Origin: an uncultured delta proteobacterium
Lineage (GTDB): Bacteria > Desulfobacterota > Syntrophorhabdia > Syntrophorhabdales > WCHB1-27
Assembly (NCBI GenBank): GCA_963810935.1
Contig: CAWEPK010000017.1
Location: forward strand, 128,001 to 192,000
DNA length: 64,000 bases
Reading direction: 5' to 3'
A program made the translations under genes and the position numbers. The notes beneath the pieces were generated by a model, which searched no databases, was not told the DNA's origin, and saw nothing but the letters and a program-made list of their open reading frames with translations. Positions 56,749-64,000 of this stretch are shown here, in pieces. Each line of letters starts with the position of its first letter. Position 1 is the first letter of the stretch.

Positions 56749-58149
56749 ATGAACGGAAAGATGGAGCAGCTCATCGGCCAATACCGCGCATTTTTGAAAG
56801 ACGAGCAGATCGTGACGGACAAGGAAGGTATGGCCCACTATTGTTATGACGCCACGGAGATGCGGTTCATGCCGGATGTGGTCGTCCTGCCCTTCTCGAC
56901 TGAAGAGGTCTCCCGGATTATGAAGCCGGCCTACGAGGCCGACATACCACTCACTCCGCAGGGAGGGCGAACGGGCCTGTCAGGAGGCGCGCTCCCTGTT
57001 GCCGGGGGCGTTCTCCTCTCCCTGATGCGGATGAACAAGGTGCTCGAGATCGACGAGAAAAACATGCAGGTGGTCGTCGAACCGGGCGTCGTGGCGGCAG
57101 ACCTGCAGGCAACGTTGACAAAGCATAACCTCTTCTTCCCGCCCGACCCTTCGAGCACCATCGAGAGCACCCTGGGCGGCAACGTGGCTGAAAACGCCGG
57201 CTATACCCGCGCCGTGAAATACGGCGTGACCAGGGACTATATCCTGGGCCTGGAGGCGGTCCTGCCCAACGGCGACATCATAAACGTGGGCGGCAGGACG
57301 GTGAAGAACGTCACGGGGTACGACCTCGTCTCCCTTATCGTAGGGTCCGAAGGCACGCTGGCGGTAGTGACGAAGATCATCGCGAAGCTGCTGCCGAAAC
57401 CGGCGCTGCGCCGAACCTGCATCTTCTACCTGGACGACCTCGTCGCGGCGGCAGACCTCGTCGTCGGCATCTTCGGAAGCGGCATCGTGCCGTGCGCAAT
57501 CGAGTTCATGGATAATACGAGCATCAACTGCGTGGCCGACTACCTCTCCGCCTCGGCGGACCTCCGCAGAGACGCCGCCGTCATGGTGCTCGTGGAAGTT
57601 GACGGAAACCACCAGGCAGCGGTAGACGGGGACGTGAACAATGTGTTCGAGCTGGCCCGGAAGTCCAAAGGCGTCATCGAGTCGAAGCTCGCCAAAGACG
57701 ACGAGGAGGCGGACCGCCTGTGGCGCATCAGGCGGGAGACGCTGCCCGCGCTCAAGGCACTCGGCAAGGACCACCTGGAGGCCGACGTCGTTGTACCCCG
57801 GTACAGGCTGCCCTACCTGGCGGGCTCGATAAAAGAGAGCGGGGAAGGAAAGAAGGTCAACATAGCGACTTACGGCCACGCGGGCGACGGCAACCTGCAC
57901 GTCACCATCCAGTACAGGAGGCGCAACTTCGCGGAAACGTCAGAGGCCCACGAGCTGCTCGGCGAGATATACAAGAAGGCCGTCGAGATGCAGGGCAAGC
58001 TATCGGGCGAGCACGGGATCGGCCTTACTGCCAAAGATTATATGTTCATGCAGATGGGGCCCATCGAGATAGCGCTGATGAAGCGGGTCAAGCAGGCATT
58101 CGATCCGAAGGGGCTACTAAACCCAGGCAAAATCTTCCCCTCCGAATAG
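56749..58149 (+). CDS. FAD-linked oxidase, GlcD/D-lactate dehydrogenase family
   Basis: GGRTGLSGG, PPDPSS, TLGGNVAENAG, GSEGTL, GHAGDGNLH, GEHGIG, DPKGLLNPGK. Confidence 0.92.
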   Translation: MNGKMEQLIGQYRAFLKDEQIVTDKEGMAHYCYDATEMRFMPDVVVLPFSTEEVSRIMKPAYEADIPLTPQGGRTGLSGGALPVAGGVLLSLMRMNKVLEIDEKNMQVVVEPGVVAADLQATLTKHNLFFPPDPSSTIESTLGGNVAENAGYTRAVKYGVTRDYILGLEAVLPNGDIINVGGRTVKNVTGYDLVSLIVGSEGTLAVVTKIIAKLLPKPALRRTCIFYLDDLVAAADLVVGIFGSGIVPCAIEFMDNTSINCVADYLSASADLRRDAAVMVLVEVDGNHQAAVDGDVNNVFELARKSKGVIESKLAKDDEEADRLWRIRRETLPALKALGKDHLEADVVVPRYRLPYLAGSIKESGEGKKVNIATYGHAGDGNLHVTIQYRRRNFAETSEAHELLGEIYKKAVEMQGKLSGEHGIGLTAKDYMFMQMGPIEIALMKRVKQAFDPKGLLNPGKIFPSE

Positions 58150-58400
58150 GAGGGTGGTTGGGGCCGTCGAAAATCTCCCGGCCCCTTTCCATACGCGTTT
58201 AATGTTTCTTGGGACAGAAGGCTACGTTCACATCCCTGAAAGCGTAGTTAGTTATAAGAAAAATGTCCACATAATCCGGCCAGCCAGTTATTATTGGCGT
58301 ACTTCTTCAGGCTGGCCTTGCTCAGCAGGCGTTCGCCGATTATAATTAGGCAACAGGCGAAATCGAATCGTCCGCCATTACCGGTTCACAGGAGGACTCC

Positions 58401-58940
58401 ATGAAATATGCTGCACTGCTGTTTACTGTTTGTTCTCTTTTGATTCTTGGACCGGCACAATCATTCGGCCAGGCTGCAGGCGGCCAGCAGGCAACAAAGG
58501 CCGTTGCGGTCCTCAACCCCGTTTCCGGTAGCTCGGTTACCGGCGTTGTAACATTCACCCGGGTCGATAACGGCATCAAGGTGGTTGCCGACGTGCAAGG
58601 CTTAACTCCCGGCAAGCACGGTTTCCACGTACACCAGTACGGGGATTGCACAGCGACGAACGGGGATTCCGCAGGCGGCCACTTCAACCCGGAAGGCAAA
58701 CCGCACGGGGCGCCCATCAGCGGTGAGCGCCACGCGGGCGATTTTGGCAACATTACGGCAGGCGCCGACGGTAAGGCCCACTACGAGTGGACGGACCCGA
58801 TGATCGCCTTCGAAGGACGCGATTCCATCATGGGCCGGGGACTTATCGTCCACGCGAACGCCGACGATCTTACGTCGCAGCCGGCCGGTAATTCAGGCCC
58901 CAAGGTGGCCTGCGGCGTGATCGGCATCGCCGCAAAGTAA
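58401..58940 (+). CDS. sodC: Periplasmic Cu/Zn superoxide dismutase
   Basis: Signal peptide; HGFHVH, GGHFNP, PHG, RHAGDFGN, IVHANADD, ACGVI. Confidence 0.92.
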   Translation: MKYAALLFTVCSLLILGPAQSFGQAAGGQQATKAVAVLNPVSGSSVTGVVTFTRVDNGIKVVADVQGLTPGKHGFHVHQYGDCTATNGDSAGGHFNPEGKPHGAPISGERHAGDFGNITAGADGKAHYEWTDPMIAFEGRDSIMGRGLIVHANADDLTSQPAGNSGPKVACGVIGIAAK

Positions 58941-58956
58941 GCGCCCTTGGATCAGC

Positions 58957-58996
58957 AATAGAAAAGGGGAGCCGGTTTCGGCTCCCCTTTTCTATT
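58957..58996. terminator. Bidirectional terminator
   Basis: Perfect 18-bp stem AATAGAAAAGGGGAGCCG/CGGCTCCCCTTTTCTATT between convergent sodC and glcF. Confidence 0.85.
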
Positions 58997-59176
58997 ATTC
59001 GATCACTTAACCGGCAGGCTGGGTGTCATCCACGGGAAGACATGCGCCTGCAACAGCAATATCAATCCCACGACACCGGCCGGCACTATCGAGTGCCAGA
59101 AACGGCCGGGATGCCAGGCGCCACGGTCCGGACCACGCCGGAGACAATGCGCCAAATATCCCGGCCGCCCTTCGCC

Positions 59177-60439
59177 TTACTTGCTTGCTTCCTTTATCAG
59201 CTCACTGATGTGGATCACCTTTGTGGACAGGCCGGCCTTCTTTACGCCGTAGGTCAACTGTATCACGCAGCCCGGACATTCCGTCGTCAGTATGTCGGCC
59301 CCTGTTTTCTTGAGAAACTCCATCTTCTTTTCAAGGACCTTCATCGACTGCTCGTAGTGCATGATGTTGTAGCTGCCCGCCGCGCCGCAGCACCGGTCCG
59401 CTTCCTGCATCTCCACGAAGTTTATGCCGGGTATCTTCTTTATAAGCTCCCTGGGCTGCTTCGTAATATTCTGGTAGCGGCTCATGTGGCACGGGTCGTG
59501 ATACGTAACTTTCTTCCCGGCCAGGCTCTTACCGTTAAGCTCTCCGATCTGGGTCACCATGAACTCGCTGAAGGCCTTTACCTTTTTGGCGATGTCCTGC
59601 GCGCGCTTCTTCCAAACCGGGTCCTCTTCGAATAGCTCCGGGTACTCTTTCAGGAATGCAGAGCAGCTACCGCACTCCGTGACTATCACGGGGGTATCCA
59701 GCTTCTCCAGCACCTCGATGTTCTTGCGCGCCATCTTACGCGCCGCCTCGACGTCGCCGTAGCCGAAGGCCGGAAGCCCGCAGCAGCAGTTGTCTGCGAT
59801 CTTGACCTTTGCCCCCTGGCTGACCAGGACGCCGACCGTCGACTCGCTCACCTGCGGCAGCATATAATTGAAGCCGCAGCCGACGAAGTAGCTGACTTCC
59901 GTCTTCACTTTTGTCGGCTCCAGGCGAAGGTTGCGGACCCTCTCACGGAAGAAAGGCGTCGGTATCTTCTCTATGAGACCTTCGGCCTTGTCCATGTCTT
60001 TGCCGAACCAGCTTAAGATGCCCATGGCCCTGGCGAGCTTTGAGAGGCCCGTGTTCTTGCCGATGGCGAGCAGGCGGACATACTTGCCCATCTTCTGCGG
60101 GTTGGGCAGCAGGTCGTTGAAGAGCATCTTCATCACCTTCGGCTGCCCCACGCGCTTCATATACTCGGCCCTTCCTGCGACTACGGCCTTGTCCGTGCGC
60201 ACTGCGGGAAAGCAGTTGGCCACGCACGCCTTGCAGAGCAGGCACTCGAAGAGCGGGTCCTTGAAGTCCGCGCTGATCTCCATCTTGCCTTCGGCCAGGC
60301 CGCGCACGTGGGCATTGTGCCCGCGCGCCACGTTCTTCTCGACGCCGGTGACCGCGAATATCGGGCAGTGCGCCTGACAGAAGCCGCAACGGTTGCATTT
60401 TGAGACTTCTTCGTATACTTGCTTATATTGTTCGTTCAT
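59177..60439 (-). CDS. glcF: Fe-S/CCG-domain subunit of glycolate/lactate dehydrogenase
   Basis: CNRCGFCQAHCP, CLLCKACVANC, two CCG motifs, TYHDPCH, ECPGC. Confidence 0.88.
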   Translation of the reverse strand: MNEQYKQVYEEVSKCNRCGFCQAHCPIFAVTGVEKNVARGHNAHVRGLAEGKMEISADFKDPLFECLLCKACVANCFPAVRTDKAVVAGRAEYMKRVGQPKVMKMLFNDLLPNPQKMGKYVRLLAIGKNTGLSKLARAMGILSWFGKDMDKAEGLIEKIPTPFFRERVRNLRLEPTKVKTEVSYFVGCGFNYMLPQVSESTVGVLVSQGAKVKIADNCCCGLPAFGYGDVEAARKMARKNIEVLEKLDTPVIVTECGSCSAFLKEYPELFEEDPVWKKRAQDIAKKVKAFSEFMVTQIGELNGKSLAGKKVTYHDPCHMSRYQNITKQPRELIKKIPGINFVEMQEADRCCGAAGSYNIMHYEQSMKVLEKKMEFLKKTGADILTTECPGCVIQLTYGVKKAGLSTKVIHISELIKEASK

Positions 60440-60451
60440 TGTTATTCCCCT

Positions 60452-61655
60452 CTATATGATCGGCGGAAAGACCCCGGTCGGGTCAAGCTGCTCCTTGACA
60501 GGCCGCAGCACTAGCTGCTCGATGGTGCCGTTCACTCTCGGCCCCCACTTCGCAAGCAGCGTCCGGTTGAGATTCAAGGGGAGCTGCGAAGCCGTTTGCA
60601 GCCAGGCTCTTTGCCCCTTCGATGATCCGCTCGTCCGCCCCGTACACCAAGACTACGCCGTTCCCCGCAAAGAGTACGGTCTTCGCAGACCCTGCAAGCG
60701 CGGTCAGGCCGGCCAGCACGCGGGGCCCTTCCGAAATAGGCACCGTGACCTTTATCGCCATGGCCTCTCCCTGGGGCTCGATTGCAGCCCGGATCGCCTG
60801 CCGCATGGCCTCCCGGCCCATCTTCGCGTCCCCTTTGCCGCCGAAGTTGCCCGCCAACACCATAAGGTCCTTGTTCTCGCGCTCTACTGCGAGCGGATGG
60901 CCTTCGAATGCCGCCAGGACTTTGAAGCCGCTTTTTGCAGGCTCGACAGTCACAGCCGTGGGGACAAGCACCGACGACCGCAGCGCCTGGAGGAACTTCT
61001 CAAGCTCACTTAAGCCCGGGATTGCGACCTCACAGACCGAAGAGGCCTCGGGCAGCGGAAAGATGCGCATGACGGCAGCCGTGATGAGAGCGAGGCTGCC
61101 CGCCGAGCCAATGAGGAACTTCGTCATGTCGTATCCGGAGACGTTCTTGACCGTCTTGCCTCCGAAAGCTACTAAGGCCCCCTTCGCGTCGATGCCCCGC
61201 ACGCCCAGGGCCTGGTCGCGCACGGTGCCGTAACGGAGACGGCACGGGCCGCTCCCGTTCGCGGCAAAGACGCCTCCCATGGTAGCCCTGTTCGAGAACG
61301 GCGGATCGAGCGGAAGGAAGAAGCCCTTACCCTTGCCCGCCAGGACATCGTTGACGCTGTCTATCGTCGTTCCCGCGAGGACCACCATGTTAAGGTTGGA
61401 TATGTCCAATTCGTTGATGCCCGACATCCCCGTCATATCAAGTAAGATATCGACCCGCTCGGGCAGTGTGCCGGCCGATGGTGTGGTTGCGGCGCCCATA
61501 GGCAGTACGGTCAGCTTTTCCTTGAAGGCCCCGGCGAGTACCTGCTGCGCCTCGCTCTCCTTCGTAGGCCGCTCCACGTGCTTCGCGGCAACTCCAAGGG
61601 ACTCTACGGTCCGAAGGGGCGCGCCGTCATTGCTACCTGTCTGCTTGTCCATCAC
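60452..61655 (-). CDS. glcE: FAD-binding subunit GlcE-like (one extra base near 60580 as sequenced)
   Basis: LPLDPP, ATMGG, GGKTVKNVSGYDMTK..IGS.G; the shifted frame gives the expected C-terminus VKEQLDPTGVFPPII. Confidence 0.8.
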
Positions 61656-63043
61656 GCCCTCGCCTCCTCTTTAGGTATGACCTTCCCAGGATTGCAGAGC
61701 GCCTTGGGGTCGATACCCTGCTTGACGCCGCGCATCATCCTGACATCGCCTTCCTTGAACACGAAAAACATCTCGCGGAGCTTCTCCGTACCGATGCCGT
61801 GCTCGCCGCTGATCGTGCCGCCTAAATCGGCGCAGACCTGCAATATCTCGCTTCCCGCCTTGTGCACGCGGGCAAGCTCGTCCGGGTCGCGGTCATCGAA
61901 CATGATGAGGGGGTGGAGGTTGCCGTCTCCCGCGTGGAAGACGTTGCCGATGGGCACGTTGTATTTCTTGCTTATCCTCTTGACCTCCGACAGCGCTTTA
62001 GGCAGCTCCGTGCGGGGCACGGTGCCGTCGCAGACGAGGTAGGCCGGCCTTACCCTGGCGACCGCGCCGAACGCGCCCCTGCGCCCTGCCCAGAGGATAT
62101 TGCGCTCGTTCGCGTCCTTCGCCAGCCTGTGGCTCGTCGCCCCGTCCTTCTCGCAGACCTCGCTGATCCGCTTCGCCTGCTCGTCCATGCCGTCGGTGAG
62201 GCCGTCGAGCTCGATAAGGAGGACCGCTTCGGCGTCGAGGGGATAGCCCGCGTGCACCGAATCCTCGACCGCCCTTATGACGGCGTTGTCCATGATCTCG
62301 AGCGTTGCGGGGATGATGCCCTCCGCTATGATGTCGGAAACAGTCTGTCCCGCCGCCTCGACGGAGTTATAGATGGCAAGCATCGTGACGACCCGCTCGG
62401 GGCTTTTCATGATGCGGCAGATAATTTTCGTGACGATCCCTAGCGTGCCTTCCGCGCCGACGAGAAGTCCCATCAGGTCGGGACCGGGCGCGTCGAGCGC
62501 CTTGCCGCCTATCCAGGTCACTTCCCCGTTCGGAAGCACGACCTCGGCGCCGAGCACGTGGTTGCTGGTCACGCCGTATTTAAGGCAATGGGGGCCCCCC
62601 GCGTTCTCGCCGAGGTTGCCCCCCATCGAGGCAGCCTTCTGGCTGGCGGGGTCCGGCGCGTAGTAGTAGCCCTTTTCTGCGAGGGCGGACTGGACCGTAA
62701 GATTATAGATACCCGGCTCCACCGTGATCCTCTCGTTTTCGAGGTCGATCTCCAGGATGTGGTTCATGCGCGCGAACTCTATGACGACGCCGCCGTCCAT
62801 GGGTACCGTGCCCCCGGTAAGGTTCGTACCGGAGCCTCGCGCAACGTAGCTCATCCCTTCCTTGTAAAGGAGCTTGACGATCTGCGCAACCTGGTCGACG
62901 TTGTCGACGAAGGCGACCATGCCCGCCCTCCCCTTGACCAGCCCTGCGTCGTAGCTGTAGACCGTCAGGTCGACGTCTTTCCAGAGGACGTTGTCTTTCC
63001 CCACGATGCGCTGCAGGGCGTCACGGACTTGCTCTTTCTCCAT
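61652..63043 (-). CDS. glcD: FAD-linked oxidase subunit GlcD
   Basis: RGSGTNLTGG, APDPAS, ENAGGPHCLKYGVT, FHAGDGNLHP, GEHGIG. Confidence 0.9.
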   Translation of the reverse strand: MEKEQVRDALQRIVGKDNVLWKDVDLTVYSYDAGLVKGRAGMVAFVDNVDQVAQIVKLLYKEGMSYVARGSGTNLTGGTVPMDGGVVIEFARMNHILEIDLENERITVEPGIYNLTVQSALAEKGYYYAPDPASQKAASMGGNLGENAGGPHCLKYGVTSNHVLGAEVVLPNGEVTWIGGKALDAPGPDLMGLLVGAEGTLGIVTKIICRIMKSPERVVTMLAIYNSVEAAGQTVSDIIAEGIIPATLEIMDNAVIRAVEDSVHAGYPLDAEAVLLIELDGLTDGMDEQAKRISEVCEKDGATSHRLAKDANERNILWAGRRGAFGAVARVRPAYLVCDGTVPRTELPKALSEVKRISKKYNVPIGNVFHAGDGNLHPLIMFDDRDPDELARVHKAGSEILQVCADLGGTISGEHGIGTEKLREMFFVFKEGDVRMMRGVKQGIDPKALCNPGKVIPKEEARA

Positions 63044-63081
63044 AAATACCTCCCGTCTTTAGAGCATCCTCTTTCTATTCC

Positions 63082-64000
63082 CTAGCCCTTCGGGGACCAG
63101 GCAGCCAGATGCTTCAAGTACTTCCATCTTCTCGTGACCGCTTCTTCCGCTTGCTTCAGCAACTCAGCCGCCACCTGCGGATTGCTCCTTTTGAGCGACT
63201 TGAACCGGTTTTCCCTGTATAGAAACTCGGCATAGGGTATGCTCGGGTCCTGACAATCGAGGGTAACCGGGTTTTTGCCCTCATCCTCGAGCATCGGGTT
63301 ATAACGGAAGAGCGGCCAGTGGCCCGAGGCCACCGCCTTCTTTTGCTCCTCCAACCCGAGCGACATGTCATCGATGCCCTGGCCGATGCAGTGCGAGTAC
63401 GCGACGATCAATGAAGGCCCGTTGAAGGCCTCCGCCTCCTGGAAGGCCCTTACCGTCTGCGCCGGGTTTGCGGCGAACGCGACGTGGGCCACGTAGACGT
63501 GCCCGTACGGTATCATCATCGAGGCGATATTCTTCTTGGGCATATGCTTCCCGGCCGCCGCGAACTGCGCTACGGCGCCGAGCGGCGTCGATTTCGACAT
63601 TTGCCCGCCCGTATTGGAGTAAACTTCCGTATCGAGGATCAACAAATTGACGTTCTGGCCGGAGGCCATGACCTGATCGACCCCGCCGTAGCCGATATCG
63701 TATCCCCATCCGTCGCCGCCCAGGCCGAACACCGCCTTTTTTACGAGGTAATCGGCGAAGGAGGCGAGGTCGACCGCATCGGCCGACTTATCGGCGGCGA
63801 GCAGCTTCTTCAGCTCCTCCACACGGGCGCGCTGCTGCTCGATGCCGCCCTGGTTGGACTGATCGGCGCTCACGAGCGCCTCGAACAGTACAGCAGCCCC
63901 TGCGTACTTCTCCTGTTTGGAGAGGCGCTCAACGATCTCGCGGGCCTGCGCGTTGAACTTATCCACCGTCTGCCTCATGCCGAAGGCAAACTCCGCCGCA
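63082..64000 (-). CDS. nifJ: Pyruvate:ferredoxin oxidoreductase, C-terminal part (truncated by the window edge)
   Basis: GGDGWGYDIGYGG, DTEVYSNTGGQMSKSTP, YSHCI, GHWPLFRYNP, ENRF. Confidence 0.92.
   Translation of the reverse strand, partial: AAEFAFGMRQTVDKFNAQAREIVERLSKQEKYAGAAVLFEALVSADQSNQGGIEQQRARVEELKKLLAADKSADAVDLASFADYLVKKAVFGLGGDGWGYDIGYGGVDQVMASGQNVNLLILDTEVYSNTGGQMSKSTPLGAVAQFAAAGKHMPKKNIASMMIPYGHVYVAHVAFAANPAQTVRAFQEAEAFNGPSLIVAYSHCIGQGIDDMSLGLEEQKKAVASGHWPLFRYNPMLEDEGKNPVTLDCQDPSIPYAEFLYRENRFKSLKRSNPQVAAELLKQAEEAVTRRWKYLKHLAAWSPKG

Noticed and set aside
13715..61655. True pseudogenes or programmed frameshifts at the four split genes
   Set aside because: No slippery heptamers and no further decay; the shared AGCT context favours sequencing artefacts, though real mutations cannot be excluded without reads.
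1..64000. CRISPR array, tRNA, rRNA, integrase, transposase or defence genes
   Set aside because: None recognised by eye; tRNAscan-SE, CRISPR finders and HMM searches were not run.

Overview
GC-rich bacterial chromosomal window. Its gene content suggests an anaerobic, aromatic- and lactate-using deltaproteobacterium (Desulfobacterota, Syntrophorhabdus-like); this is inference only. Layout: (1) housekeeping block (SAM hydroxide adenosyltransferase, ilvE, hpt, MBL hydrolase); (2) a visibly more AT-rich accessory island at about 3.9-11.7 kb with a PAS kinase/NarL-type pair, a 24-aa peptide, an ABC exporter, an FseA-like DUF6499/DUF2285 activator, Spy, Gly-rich and BON proteins and an OmpA remnant, followed by a catalytically remodelled PurF paralog; (3) MoaD/ThiS, benzoate-CoA ligase and a beta-CASP hydrolase; (4) an exported rhodanese selenoprotein (UGA plus SECIS, truncated in the ORF track) facing a MauE/DoxX gene; (5) tupABC, prmA, and an ADP-forming acyl-CoA synthetase with a DRTGG partner; (6) a ~20-kb Wzx/Wzy polysaccharide cluster whose priming transferase carries a degenerate GGDEF domain with an RxxD site, plus twin FemAB-like and twin radical SAM/SPASM genes; (7) a porin and a TMTC-like/GT2 pair; (8) lactate permease, two GlcD paralogs, glcE, glcF, sodC and the 3' end of PFOR. 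Four genes carry single-base frameshifts, all at or touching an AGCT site, which points to methylation-linked sequencing errors rather than true pseudogenes. No rRNA, tRNA, CRISPR array, integrase or transposase was recognised. All family calls come from motif recognition by eye; no database search was run.
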